DNA of 64,000 bases from Planctomycetota bacterium (GTDB taxonomy: Bacteria; Planctomycetota; UBA8108; JACQVS01). The notes beneath the pieces were generated by a model. The model was not told where the DNA came from. It did not search any database and was given only the letters and a program-made list of their open reading frames with translations. Below, piece after piece: positions 40,907 to 51,800 of the stretch. Every line of letters starts with the position of its first letter. Within the stretch, counting starts at the first letter, position 1. Made by a program: the position numbers and the translations under genes. Where the stretch lies: NCBI GenBank assembly GCA_028280485.1, contig JANQLS010000062.1, positions 5,899-69,898 on the forward strand, in the 5' to 3' direction.

Positions 40907-43900
40907 ATGATTGAGACTCGAAGAACCCATACGCTTAAAAATCCCTGGTTTCACATTTCTCTACTCTTTTTAACTTTTAATGTGATTACCGCTGGAATTT
41001 GGCTTTGGCAATCCCGTCAAAGACAACCCACCCGATTGATTCGGGCTCAACCGGAACGTCTCGATTCTCTTTTCGATCCTCTCATCCTTTCATTCGATCG
41101 AGATCTCATCGCTCCCGATGGCCAGGGAGATCTTCCTTCGATCGATCAATTTGATATCAGTCCTCAAGCGGACCTTCATTTCAATTGGAAATCACCTCGC
41201 ACCTTAGAGGTTCGAGCCAAAGATGGTTTTCAAAAAGCCCACGAGTATCGCCTGAAACTCAAAGATAATTTCCTCGACCGCGACGGATACCCTCTTCAGG
41301 AAGGCCAATCGGTCACCTTTAGAACTCCCGAATTGCATTGGTTAGGCTTACGCCAAATCGCCTATTCCAAAAACCACCAATTAACTCTCGCTCTCAAGTT
41401 TGATGACCGCATCAACTTAGAAAAACTCGACACTCTCCTCGATTTCTCCAACTCGGAGGGCCAATCCCTCGAAGCTAAGCGCCTGAGTCGTCAACTCATT
41501 CCGGTGAACACGCCCTCACGGGCGTATCAGCCCCAAGACCGGGGATCTCACTACGAAGCTCATTACCGCTTGAATGCTCAATTTCAAAAGCAAATCTTCG
41601 TGAACCTTGCTCCGGGCCTCGTAGGTGTCTCTGGCCCCTTGGGTATCTATCATGAACAAAAGAAAGTCCTCAACATCACCTCCGGGCTCTCCCTGAGAAG
41701 ATACTACACCTACAGCGAAGGGCCGAACGAGGGAAGCCTCCGCTTAAACTTTGGAATGAGGATCGACCCCGAACAAGCCAAGCCCTTCTTCAGCTTTGAC
41801 CCACCCGTAAAGTTCAGCTTGAATTCAGAGTATTCCTACTTGAAGGTTCGGGGAAATTTCCAACCCGGGAAACGCTATCTATTGAAAATCGCTCCCGGGC
41901 TCCAAGGTACGAACGGCCGCTTTTTAGCTTCCCAAATTGAGCGTACTCTAGATATGCCCAATCTCTCTTCTACATTCAGTTTAGTCGGAGAAGGAAAGTA
42001 CTTAGTCACCGACAGTCCGCGAGAGTTGATGCTGAGGACGATCAATACCGAAAAACTTAAAATCAAAGTTCAAAAGATCTTCCCCAACAATATTCTTCAG
42101 ATGCTGCAACACCACAGCCCTGTGGGGTACACGGTGGGGAAAGACCATACAGTAGAGATCGCCAATCAACCGAACAAAGAAGTTTTCACTCGCGTTCGAC
42201 TCGATGATCTCCTCGGCGACGATCATTTTGGTCCTTACCAACTCAGCATCAAAGATCCCAGCCGATACTGGTCTGAGGAAGACCACGTCTTAACCCTAAG
42301 TCAGTTGGGAATCCACAGCCGCCTCTACCATGATGAACTTCTAGTTTGGGTCAACGACCTCGTCAGCGCACAGCCCAAAGAGGCTGTTAAAATCACGGTT
42401 ATCTCAAATCGCAATCAAATCCTAAGTGAGGGTTGGACGGACTCGACGGGGCTCTTAAAGGTAGCCGTCGACCGCGAAGGTTTCAGTAAACAAGGAAAAC
42501 CTCTTTTAATAACGGCTGAGTACGAAAACGATATGACTTACCTCTCTCTCACCGAAGGTAAGCTCTCAACTCAAGACCTCGATCTGTCGGGCAATCCCTA
42601 TCCTCAACAATCTTATGAAGCCTTTGTCTACACAGAAAGAAACGTCATCCGCCCCGGTGAAAAACTCCACCTACGAGGTCTCGTACGTGACACCTTAGGT
42701 CGAGTGGCACCTCGAGGGATGCCCTTAGAGTGGGAAATCTCCCGCCCCGATTCCCAAACTCTCCCCGTTATCACCAAAGAAGTCTCAGAATTTGGGACAA
42801 CCGAATTTCAGTTAAAAACAGAATCTTTCTTTCCCACCGGAAAGTACCGGGCCCGACTCAAAATCCCCGATGAAAATAAGACAGTCGTCTTAGGCTCCAC
42901 TTCCTTTCGAGTGGAAGAATACCTACCGGTGACTCTCAAAGTCGATTTGGAATTAGAAGACCAAGCCTACTCTCCCGGTGACACAATCACCCTGAAGGTC
43001 CGAGGTGAGCATCTCTTTGGGGGAGCCGCCAAAGGCCTAAAAGCGAAGGCGAAGTTTAAGTACTTAAGTCGCAAAAAAGTCTTTAAAGGGTACGAAGGAG
43101 TTCGCTTCAGTAGCTTCAACCTCAGTCCACCCAACGCTCCGATCCCACTGGACGCACTCACTCTCGACGAGGATGGTCGAGGTGAATTTAAGTTCCAGCT
43201 TCCTTCGGAACTCAAAGCTCACGCCGCTCTTGAGGGTTTATTTACGGTCGAAGTGTTCGAAGTGAGTGGTCGCGCGATCACACGCCATCAGAAATGCAAA
43301 ATTGATCCCAGCCCTTGGTATTTAGGGGTTCGGAGAATCGATACCCAAAAACTCCCAGAAGTCTACTCCTTCGACTGCTTAGCTCTAAGGGCCGACCTCC
43401 AAGCCATCACACGAAACCTCCAAGCTGAAGCCCAGCTTTTCAAAGTAACCTGGAATCATAAGCTCGAAGAAAGTTCCGGCCGATACCGTTGGATCAGTGA
43501 AAAAGTTGAAGAGAAAGTTTCCAAAGAAACGATTCCATTGACCGACGGGCAACGATCGATCGACTTTAAATTAACTTCTACCGGCGAATACCGCTTGGAG
43601 CTTCGCGCCATCGATCCTGAACTCAATTGGCCCCTTCAAGTGAGTCACACCTTCCATACATTCGGTCACTCCCATCAACGAAGTGGCTCCTTAGAAATCC
43701 CGAGTCGCATCACCCTGACCCCCGATAAAAAAACCTACGCCAGTGGGGAGACGGTTAAGCTATCGATCGAGTCACCTTATACCGGCGAAGCCTTACTGAC
43801 CTTTGAATCGAACAAACTCCACGAAACTCGACAATTTCAACTCAATTATTCTTCGAGTGTCATCGAGTTCCCATTTCCAAAAGAGATGATCCCTCATGGT

Positions 43901-46831
43901 TATGTCACCCTGACCGTACTTCGAGGTAAATCTCCAGTTAAAAGTTCGGAGGATCCATCCCTCGACTCACCGCAACAGGCCGAGGCGAATAACTTAAATC
44001 TCGGAATCCCATTACGGGCCTACGGCGCGGTCGCCTTAGAACGATCTAAAGAAGAACGACAGACGAGTATCGACTTAGAAGTTTCAGACCTCGTTCAACC
44101 AGGTAAAACTTTAGACGTCCGCCTTCAACTTAAAGACCACAGTGGAGAAGCCGTCGATGGTGAAGTGGCCATCGCCTTTGTCGATGCCGGAATTTTAGCC
44201 CTCACTCCCTTCGAACTTCCGGATCCCTCCGCTCATTTCAATCAAAAGCGAGCTCTCAAAACTCGAGTTCACGATCTCTACGAACAGATCATCGCCGACC
44301 CTGAGGCTTTTTTAGCGCGCGCCGACGCCACTCCCGGTGGGGGAAGCTTTGGATCGTCCCGTTACCTCAACCCGATTCAAGCCACCCGAGTCCGCTCCGT
44401 ATCCCTATGGAAGAGCGGACTCATCGCCGATGCCCAAGGCCAGATTCAAACGAGCATCCAAGCCCCCGATTTCGACGGGGAACTCGTACTGATCGCTGTT
44501 CATTCAGGAACGAAATCGACGGGTGCGACTCAAAAATCGATTAAGGTGAGGCGACCCATCATCATTCAACCCAGTTGGCCGCGATTTTTAGCTCCGGGAG
44601 ATGCCTTCGAAGTGCCGGTGACGGTTCACAATCGATCTCCCTTAGAAGTTGAGGGTCAGGTGCACCTTGAATTAAATACCCACCTAAAACTACGCTCAGC
44701 TTCAAAGAGCTTTTACCCGCTTCGTTTAAAGCCAGAGGCTTCCAAAATCTTACGGTTCCAATTGGTTGGTACTCAGTCGGGGGTGGCTCAAGCCAAAGTC
44801 ATCGCCCGGCTGTCTCCACTGTCAACCTCGAGGACCTCTTCAGCTCATACAAATCAAGATTCTGAATCGTCCGCTTCTATAAAAGAAGGTCCTGAAAATA
44901 ACAAGTCCTTCGATTTAAGTTCGCTGGATCAGCCCATTGTTAAATCCATCGAATTTCCCCTCCGTCCTACCGCGAACCGTGAACTTCAAAGCGAGGTGAG
45001 AATCGTTAAGGATCGAGAGAATTCTGAGTTTCAGATCGATAAAAGTTATCTTTCCTCGACGGTCGAAACGGAGTTGGTTCTCTCATCTTCCTTACTCCCA
45101 TCGATCGAAGGCAGTATGAGTTACCTTTTAAGGTATCCTTACGGTTGTGTCGAACAAACCTCCAGCCGTTTATTACCGTGGATCGTTTTAAAACAATATT
45201 TAGATTCAGGGAATACGGTAGCTAAAACGGAAACAGAAATCGAAGAACACCTTCACCACGGTGTGGAACGCCTGTTCAGCATGCAGACCTCAAGTGGAGG
45301 ACTGGCCTACTGGCCAGGGCAACGCAGAGCTTCAAATTTCGGGAGTATTTATGCTGCGTCCGTACTCCTTGAAATTGAAGAAGCTGGATTCCCTGTGGGT
45401 AAAGAACGGCTCGATAAGCTTTATAAGTTCTTGGAGAAAATCGTCCTCAACCCTAAAAGTCCCAAGAACTCTACCTTCAAACACATCGGTACACTCAAGG
45501 CTTTTGCCCTAGAAGTTTTAGCTCGTAAGGGAAAGGCAAAAGACCACTGGATTCAAAACCTTCTAGAAAGAGAAGAGGAACTCCCCTTAGAAGCGCGATG
45601 CAAACTGCAAATCGCAAAACTCCTCAATGGGATCCAGTCAGAAAATCAAAAGAGCTCAGAAATGCTTTCTGAAAATCCCTTCAATGCCGAGCCAAAAGAA
45701 AATTCAAATTCAGACCAGCGAGAACGAGAATTGTCGGGAACTCTCTACAGTCAAACTCGCGAACTCTCGATCTTGCTGGGAACTCTATGCGATCTCGGGC
45801 GCCCCGCGAATCAAATATTGCCCTTGATCCACCGATTATTAAAAAACCAGAAGAAAGGGCGTTATCGCTCGACTCAAGAAGATGCCTTCGCCCTGTTGGC
45901 GATAGCCAAAGCCTCGCGGAGATTCCCAGCCCCGTCCAATGATCAAAACGTCATCCTTAAAATAAAATCAGAGGATGGTGCCATCACCGAAGAAAACATC
46001 ACCGTCGGTAAAGGAAGAACCATCATCCGCTGGCCTCTAAAGGAGCGACATCGCCTCTCACCTGGGGCAACCCTCTCCATTCAACCTCAGGAAGGTGAAG
46101 TCGTTTACGCTTTCTGGAAAGCCAGTGGCATCCCCGATCATTCGGGCGCGTTACATTCCGATGGATTGCAACTTTCAAAGGCAGGAACTTCGAAGCGAGC
46201 TCAGCCCAGCCCTGCGATTCAAAACCAGAAAGATTCAAAATCGGGAGCTAAGAAAGCTTCGTTCACTCAACCCTTAGCCAATCAAGAAAACTCCGATGGA
46301 AGCCCCGACTTTCAACCGACTCAAAGCAATTTAGATGAATTGACAGCAGAGAGGTCGGATACGGAATTAATGAATACTGAGATCAAGGATTCTGGGATTG
46401 TCGATCAAGGGCTCAAGATCCGCAGGGCCTACTTCGACCGAAATTTAAGCCCGATCAAGTCCTTTAAGAACTTGACTCAAGGCCAATCCTTGATCGTTCA
46501 ACTCACCCTGAATTGCACCCAGGCCACCGATAACGTAGTGATCGTCGACAAACTCCCAGCGGGATTCGAGATTGAGAATCCCGCCTTCAAAACTTCTGAC
46601 GGTCACTCTCAAGGCAGCAGAAACATGCGAGTCTTCAGAAAGGAAGTTCGTGATGATCGACTGATCATCTTTGCTCATCCCCGAGCAGGTGAATCGACGT
46701 TCAAATACGTAGCGCGCGCCGTAACGGTTGGGGAATTCAACCTGCCTCGTACCGAAGCTGAATGTATGTACGATTCAGAGTTACGAAGCTCTGGCCCATT
46801 AAAGGGTAAAATTAAAATTTCCCAACCCTAA
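40907..46831 (+). CDS. Bacterial alpha-2-macroglobulin family protein (1974 aa) with intact thioester motif
   Basis: N-terminal signal anchor; many MG-like beta-sandwich repeats. Thioester site LRYPYGCVEQTSSRLLPW (CxEQ). It is followed directly by pbpC, as in yfhM-pbpC. Confidence 0.85.
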   Translation: MIETRRTHTLKNPWFHISLLFLTFNVITAGIWLWQSRQRQPTRLIRAQPERLDSLFDPLILSFDRDLIAPDGQGDLPSIDQFDISPQADLHFNWKSPRTLEVRAKDGFQKAHEYRLKLKDNFLDRDGYPLQEGQSVTFRTPELHWLGLRQIAYSKNHQLTLALKFDDRINLEKLDTLLDFSNSEGQSLEAKRLSRQLIPVNTPSRAYQPQDRGSHYEAHYRLNAQFQKQIFVNLAPGLVGVSGPLGIYHEQKKVLNITSGLSLRRYYTYSEGPNEGSLRLNFGMRIDPEQAKPFFSFDPPVKFSLNSEYSYLKVRGNFQPGKRYLLKIAPGLQGTNGRFLASQIERTLDMPNLSSTFSLVGEGKYLVTDSPRELMLRTINTEKLKIKVQKIFPNNILQMLQHHSPVGYTVGKDHTVEIANQPNKEVFTRVRLDDLLGDDHFGPYQLSIKDPSRYWSEEDHVLTLSQLGIHSRLYHDELLVWVNDLVSAQPKEAVKITVISNRNQILSEGWTDSTGLLKVAVDREGFSKQGKPLLITAEYENDMTYLSLTEGKLSTQDLDLSGNPYPQQSYEAFVYTERNVIRPGEKLHLRGLVRDTLGRVAPRGMPLEWEISRPDSQTLPVITKEVSEFGTTEFQLKTESFFPTGKYRARLKIPDENKTVVLGSTSFRVEEYLPVTLKVDLELEDQAYSPGDTITLKVRGEHLFGGAAKGLKAKAKFKYLSRKKVFKGYEGVRFSSFNLSPPNAPIPLDALTLDEDGRGEFKFQLPSELKAHAALEGLFTVEVFEVSGRAITRHQKCKIDPSPWYLGVRRIDTQKLPEVYSFDCLALRADLQAITRNLQAEAQLFKVTWNHKLEESSGRYRWISEKVEEKVSKETIPLTDGQRSIDFKLTSTGEYRLELRAIDPELNWPLQVSHTFHTFGHSHQRSGSLEIPSRITLTPDKKTYASGETVKLSIESPYTGEALLTFESNKLHETRQFQLNYSSSVIEFPFPKEMIPHGYVTLTVLRGKSPVKSSEDPSLDSPQQAEANNLNLGIPLRAYGAVALERSKEERQTSIDLEVSDLVQPGKTLDVRLQLKDHSGEAVDGEVAIAFVDAGILALTPFELPDPSAHFNQKRALKTRVHDLYEQIIADPEAFLARADATPGGGSFGSSRYLNPIQATRVRSVSLWKSGLIADAQGQIQTSIQAPDFDGELVLIAVHSGTKSTGATQKSIKVRRPIIIQPSWPRFLAPGDAFEVPVTVHNRSPLEVEGQVHLELNTHLKLRSASKSFYPLRLKPEASKILRFQLVGTQSGVAQAKVIARLSPLSTSRTSSAHTNQDSESSASIKEGPENNKSFDLSSLDQPIVKSIEFPLRPTANRELQSEVRIVKDRENSEFQIDKSYLSSTVETELVLSSSLLPSIEGSMSYLLRYPYGCVEQTSSRLLPWIVLKQYLDSGNTVAKTETEIEEHLHHGVERLFSMQTSSGGLAYWPGQRRASNFGSIYAASVLLEIEEAGFPVGKERLDKLYKFLEKIVLNPKSPKNSTFKHIGTLKAFALEVLARKGKAKDHWIQNLLEREEELPLEARCKLQIAKLLNGIQSENQKSSEMLSENPFNAEPKENSNSDQRERELSGTLYSQTRELSILLGTLCDLGRPANQILPLIHRLLKNQKKGRYRSTQEDAFALLAIAKASRRFPAPSNDQNVILKIKSEDGAITEENITVGKGRTIIRWPLKERHRLSPGATLSIQPQEGEVVYAFWKASGIPDHSGALHSDGLQLSKAGTSKRAQPSPAIQNQKDSKSGAKKASFTQPLANQENSDGSPDFQPTQSNLDELTAERSDTELMNTEIKDSGIVDQGLKIRRAYFDRNLSPIKSFKNLTQGQSLIVQLTLNCTQATDNVVIVDKLPAGFEIENPAFKTSDGHSQGSRNMRVFRKEVRDDRLIIFAHPRAGESTFKYVARAVTVGEFNLPRTEAECMYDSELRSSGPLKGKIKISQP

Positions 46832-46854
46832 AACCTCTGATCGACTGTTCTGAA

Positions 46855-49134
46855 ATGATCGAAGTATTGAATAGATTTAAGTTCCGCAAGAACTCAAAGA
46901 CTAAGAAGATCTCTATCTATTCCTCCGATCCCACACCCCCTCCAATCCCCAGCTCAAGATCTTCTCTTCCCGGAAGATTTCTCCGCCTGAGCTCGAGGGG
47001 GTGTGGCTTTTTACTAATTGTTTTCGTTTCACTTTTCATCATCGAATGGATTCGGCTACCAGATCTCAATCAGCTTTTAAGGTCCAAATCCAGCTCCCTC
47101 ATCATCACCGATCGCTGGGGAGAATTTATCGATTTAACTCTTACCCCAGATGATCGCTTAGCGATGTGGGTCTCTCTCGAGGAGATCCATCCTAAAGTTA
47201 TAGAGGCCACCCTCACCGCAGAAGACCAACGGTTTTACGATCATGGAGGAGTCGATCTCCAAGCCGTCAGTCGAGCGGCTTACGACAACCTCAGCAACCA
47301 ACGGATTATCAGCGGCGCTTCAACGGTCACCATGCAGCTCGCAAGACTCTTGCGACCTCTCCCCAGAAGTTTCTACGGAAAGTTCCGCGAGATGGTTTTA
47401 GCCCTTCATATCGAAAACAATTGGGATAAAGAAACGATCTTAGAGTATTACCTCAACTTCGCACCTTACGGGGGAAATGTCTACGGAGTGGAAGCTGCCT
47501 CGAGAAGGTACTTCGGAAAGTCAGCCAAGGAACTCACATTGAGCGAAGCCGCTTTAATTTCAGGGCTTCCTCAATCTCCCTCGCGCTTGAGGCCGGATCG
47601 GTATCCTCAGGCCGCGAAGAAACGAAGAGATTGGATTCTCATGCGTTTGTACGAACTCAAGAAAGTGACTCAAGCTCAGTACGAACGATCCCTTCAAAGA
47701 GAGGTCAGACCTCGATTTCACTCAATTGATAAAACGGCTCCCCATTTTTCACGTTGGTTAGCCTCGAAGATGCCCAGGATTTCGAATCAAGCTAATATTC
47801 ACTCCACGCTCGATCCAGACCTACAAACATTAGCTCAATCCGTGTTGAGCGAGGAACTGGAGCGCATGTCATCCGACGGGATTCAAAACACAGCCTTGAT
47901 CTTAGCTGAAACTCAATCGGGAAAAATCAGAGCTTGGATTGGTTCTCAAGATTTTAACGACCCTGAAGCCGGCCAAGTGGACGGAGCCATCAGTGAACGA
48001 TCACCCGGCTCCCTTCTTAAACCTTTCCTCTTTACCCTCGCCTTTGAAAAAAATTGGATTGATGAGAACACCTTACTCGATGATTCCCCGCGTTATTATC
48101 GCGACGGTTACCGACCCGAAAATTTTTCCCGCTCCTTTAAAGGAAAAGTGACTGCGAGCGAGGCACTTAGAGATTCCCTCAATATCCCTACCTTAGATCT
48201 GTTGAAGTCGATGGGGCTCGGAGAGGTGATCGAAAAGCTAAAAGACTCCGGCTTGGTCAGTTTAAGAAAGAATGCTCAACTCAGTGGGTTGACTTTGGGA
48301 TTAGGCGGAGTGGATGTCACTCTCTATGAACTGATGGAAGCCTACCGTACTTTAGGGAATGGGGGAGTTTACTCTCCCTTAGTCGCTACCGAATCTTCGC
48401 TACAAAAATCTACTCATGACAGTAGAACCCAGAGCAAGTCGAGAATCACTCTAAGCCCTAATCATCGCGTGTTTTCTCAGGAGGCGGTAGAAAAAGTGAC
48501 GAGCATCCTTCAAGAGGTGGGTTTCAGCACGCAAGAGAGGCTCGCCCCGTTAAAGCTACCGGATTTAGCTATCAAAACGGGAACTAGCTTCGGCTTACGG
48601 GATGCCTGGGCTGTCGGCTACAATCAAGATTGGACGATCGGAGTTTGGCTTGGAAATTTTGACGGCTCGGCTTCTAAAGAATTAGTGGGAAGAAAAGCCG
48701 CCGTGCCCTCAATTCTCTCTCTATTCAGATTGCTCCCAGAATTAAACTCCAAAAGATCAAGCACTCCATCAAATCTTGCGTCGACCTCGAAGGACAACCA
48801 ATCCTTAAATCTTAATTCCTTAACTACACCCAAAGCTCCTTATTTCTCCCCAAAAGAATCCTTTAACAACCCTTCAACTCCCTCGATTCAGTGGGTGACG
48901 CCTCCCCATCGAGCCACCATCCTTCACACTCAGCGAGAAGGCGGCGACAAGCTCATCCTTCGGGGAACTTCTTCCATTCCTGAAATCAAATTAAATTGGT
49001 TCATCGATGGGAGTTACCAAGGGCAAACTCGCTCCGGCGAAAACCTCAGCTGGCTCTTAAAATCTGGCGCCCACACCATCACTCTTTCAACAAACACTGG
49101 GCACACCGAAACTCGCACCATTTTTGTTAAATAA
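46855..49134 (+). CDS. pbpC: penicillin-binding protein 1C (glycosyltransferase GT51 + transpeptidase)
   Basis: EDQRFYDHGGVDLQAVSRAAYDNL...ASTVTMQLARLL transglycosylase motifs. A C-terminal beta-sandwich domain is typical of PbpC. It lies 24 nt after the A2M gene. Confidence 0.85.
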   Translation: MIEVLNRFKFRKNSKTKKISIYSSDPTPPPIPSSRSSLPGRFLRLSSRGCGFLLIVFVSLFIIEWIRLPDLNQLLRSKSSSLIITDRWGEFIDLTLTPDDRLAMWVSLEEIHPKVIEATLTAEDQRFYDHGGVDLQAVSRAAYDNLSNQRIISGASTVTMQLARLLRPLPRSFYGKFREMVLALHIENNWDKETILEYYLNFAPYGGNVYGVEAASRRYFGKSAKELTLSEAALISGLPQSPSRLRPDRYPQAAKKRRDWILMRLYELKKVTQAQYERSLQREVRPRFHSIDKTAPHFSRWLASKMPRISNQANIHSTLDPDLQTLAQSVLSEELERMSSDGIQNTALILAETQSGKIRAWIGSQDFNDPEAGQVDGAISERSPGSLLKPFLFTLAFEKNWIDENTLLDDSPRYYRDGYRPENFSRSFKGKVTASEALRDSLNIPTLDLLKSMGLGEVIEKLKDSGLVSLRKNAQLSGLTLGLGGVDVTLYELMEAYRTLGNGGVYSPLVATESSLQKSTHDSRTQSKSRITLSPNHRVFSQEAVEKVTSILQEVGFSTQERLAPLKLPDLAIKTGTSFGLRDAWAVGYNQDWTIGVWLGNFDGSASKELVGRKAAVPSILSLFRLLPELNSKRSSTPSNLASTSKDNQSLNLNSLTTPKAPYFSPKESFNNPSTPSIQWVTPPHRATILHTQREGGDKLILRGTSSIPEIKLNWFIDGSYQGQTRSGENLSWLLKSGAHTITLSTNTGHTETRTIFVK

Positions 49135-49159
49135 CTAATGTAGTCCACACGCAAAGTGG

Positions 49160-49183
49160 TCGGCTCAGAGCCCTCTGAGCCGA
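49160..49183 (+). terminator. Stem-loop after pbpC (tcggctcagag-ccc-ctctgagccga); possible terminator, no T-tract
   Basis: An 11-bp perfect stem 26 nt after the stop codon, with no poly-T run. Confidence 0.3.
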
Positions 49184-49426
49184 TCCTGCATGAATTTCAA
49201 TTCTTATAAATGAACAATACTAAATCGGCTAAATAGCTCTTCGATGACTTTGAATGCCTCTTTGAATTTTATTTCCTACTCACTGGGCGAACCGACTACT
49301 TAGGCTGAAACTTTCAAAATAATATTGATTTTAAATACACGATTGATAACCCTGGTGCTGAATAAAAACAGGGGATTTCAATCTCCTATCCAGAGGCTTT
49401 ACATCGAATTCAATATATCTATTTCC

Positions 49427-51133
49427 ATGAAAAAAATTATCCTTGGAATATTCACATTAATGATCCTGGCCTTCGTTGGTTTATATTTCCTCCTACCTTA
49501 CATCAAAGGTGAGGCCAGGCTCTCAGCAACTCGAGAAGGGCGCGTGATTAAGGATTTCATGGAGGAAAAAATTGACTTTACTGATGCATACAAACAATTC
49601 TCAGCATGGGGAAATGAAGCTTTACCCAACTTAATCAATCTCTCCATCAAAGTGGAAAAGCCCGAACAGGCAGAAGCCATATCTTCAATGTTTAGCGCAA
49701 TTCAAACATTTGAGTGTTTGGAGGCGTACTTCAAAATGTATATCAAACGACATGAGATTCCGGTCAGGGAGATGTCCGATGATTTCAACCTATCTAATCA
49801 ACATTTCTCAAATGGACTATCAGCCGTAAAATATCAACTAGCTGAAAAAAGAAAGCAATTTACTGAAAGTCAGCTGAACAGGATCAAAAATTTATTGATC
49901 TCAGGCTTAGACCATCATTCTGAAGAAATAAGAGGGGAATGCCTTTATACCCTTGCTGAATTCAAAGATCCTGCAACCGTTAAAATTTTTATAGATTATT
50001 ACCATCGAAACCAAAAAAAGGATTCCTATGTCTATAGCGGTGTCCCCGACATCCTTGGGGATATCGGGGGAAATGAAGCTGAAAAATTCTTGTTAGATTT
50101 AGTCAACAAAAATGGCGATCGCCTGGATGATGATGCCATCGACGCCTTGGCTAAAACGGGTACTCCTCTAGCCATAAAAACGATCATTGATGGCTTAATT
50201 AACGAGCCCGATCAACGAAAACATTTAATGTGGTTAAGTGGCTTAGCTATCTCTGCTGATTCTAGCTGTGAGCTTCCTCTTCTAAATATAGCCAAAGATG
50301 TTAACCATCCCTACCGAGAATATGCCGTACAAGCACTAGGCAATTTAAAGAGCGAAGAATCCTTAAACACCATCATCGATTTTGGAATGACTGAATTAGA
50401 CTTAAATAAGGTTTACACTGATTTAGAAGATGCTTTAGAAGCTTTGATCAAGAGACCCGATCCTCGATCGATTCCCTTTTTAAAAGCCGTGCTCGAAAAA
50501 GAAAAAATTAAAGTTTCTCATAAAGAGATCGCGAATATTTCAAGGTATAAGTCTGAAAGTGAAAAGAAGAGAGAAATCAGAAAAATTCAAGATAGGTATG
50601 ATTTTTCGGATCAAAAGAAAAGAGACAAAGCTCTCATTGCTTTAGCTAAAATTGGAACACCAGAAACACTCAAGATCATTTTAAAAGGATATGTGGATCA
50701 TCCGCATCTCAATCCCAAAGATTTTCGTGTATCCGACTTCCCCTTACAATTCATCGATCTCAAATTGATTGTTGAAGAAGTTCAAACTCAAGTTCAAGAA
50801 CAGGAATATCCCAAGGGGTTAGCCGTTGCACTCCTTCTTTTCAATCTTCTTTACCTTGAAGATGCTTCAACCGATTATCTCACTTTAATCAAATCCTTAC
50901 TCCAAGCCCCAGACTGTGAATTATTTAAATATCACTCTTCCAATCAGGCCCATTTTTTAACGAAGTTCATTGTCGCCGAACCCGAAAACGCACTCCTTTT
51001 TATTCCATACCTCCCTAAGAGTCCCTATGGTTGGGCAAGGAATTTTTGGTCGACAGTGAGGCTCGAAAAAATCCCAGAAGAAGTTAAATCAAAAATCGAA
51101 AAGAAGCTACCTTTCAATACCCACCCGAAATAA
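49427..51133 (+). CDS. Membrane-anchored HEAT/PBS-lyase-like repeat protein, paralog A
   Basis: The ORF track starts at 49325. The likely start MKKIILGIFTLMILAFVGLYFLLPYIKGE (ATG 49427) gives an N-terminal TM helix. Repeated ...LGDIGGNEAEKFLLDLV..., ...LAKTGTPLAIKTIIDGL... and ...LAKIGTPETLKIILKGY... units follow. The neighbouring paralog B (51801..53600) is about 600 aa with the same architecture. Confidence 0.6.
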   Translation: MKKIILGIFTLMILAFVGLYFLLPYIKGEARLSATREGRVIKDFMEEKIDFTDAYKQFSAWGNEALPNLINLSIKVEKPEQAEAISSMFSAIQTFECLEAYFKMYIKRHEIPVREMSDDFNLSNQHFSNGLSAVKYQLAEKRKQFTESQLNRIKNLLISGLDHHSEEIRGECLYTLAEFKDPATVKIFIDYYHRNQKKDSYVYSGVPDILGDIGGNEAEKFLLDLVNKNGDRLDDDAIDALAKTGTPLAIKTIIDGLINEPDQRKHLMWLSGLAISADSSCELPLLNIAKDVNHPYREYAVQALGNLKSEESLNTIIDFGMTELDLNKVYTDLEDALEALIKRPDPRSIPFLKAVLEKEKIKVSHKEIANISRYKSESEKKREIRKIQDRYDFSDQKKRDKALIALAKIGTPETLKIILKGYVDHPHLNPKDFRVSDFPLQFIDLKLIVEEVQTQVQEQEYPKGLAVALLLFNLLYLEDASTDYLTLIKSLLQAPDCELFKYHSSNQAHFLTKFIVAEPENALLFIPYLPKSPYGWARNFWSTVRLEKIPEEVKSKIEKKLPFNTHPK

Positions 51134-51353
51134 ATGCAGTCGAATCCAGCCGGCCTCCATTTCAAGCCCGAAGTGTTAACGAGGGATATCTTCCTTATAC
51201 CCTCAATAGGCCAAATGCTTGAGGAGTGATTCATCGACGAGTTGGAAAAATGGATCGCACCACGATTCCAAGACGTTCTTCAATATTAGAGCGAAACGAG
51301 GCACTCGCTGACGCTGCATGCTTAAAATCATTGTCTATAAGCGACAATACACT

Positions 51354-51577
51354 CAAGGGCTGTAAGCCCGCAACTTCATAGCCCAGGGCAGAGCGAAGCG
51401 TCGCCCTGGGTAAAGGTAGAGTCGAGCTCAAGAACAAAGCACTGTGGAGCGAGATTAACCTCTTAATTTTTAATGCAATAATCAACGGCATGAATTGCGA
51501 CTCAAGTCAATCCAAAAGCCAAGGGCTGAAAGCCCGCAACATTATAGCCCAGGGCAGAGCGAAGCGTCGCCCTGGGT
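51354..51577. repeat. Two direct copies (51354..51410 and 51521..51577) of a 57-nt double-hairpin repeat: aagggctgWaagcccgcaacWtYatagcccagggcagagcgaagcgtcgccctgggt
   Basis: Read from the sequence. Each copy carries hairpins gggct-gtaa-agccc and cccagggc-agagcgaagcgtc-gccctggg. The copies are 167 bp apart, in the gap between the two HEAT paralogs. Confidence 0.8.
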
Positions 51578-51800
51578 TGAATTAGAGGAAAGAGCCAAGC
51601 CCTGTAAGGGCGGCAGTATTTGAAACACGTTTAAATTGGCTGCATCTTTCTAAGATCAACGATCAATGCATCTGAATATCTATTGATTTTAGTTCTTAAT
51701 TCTAAGAAGCTATCTCCTCACTTATCACAACATCAAAACCAGTTAGTGGGAAATCACTTCTCCGTCGGTAATTCCCGACCCACATATTGAATATTTCAGA

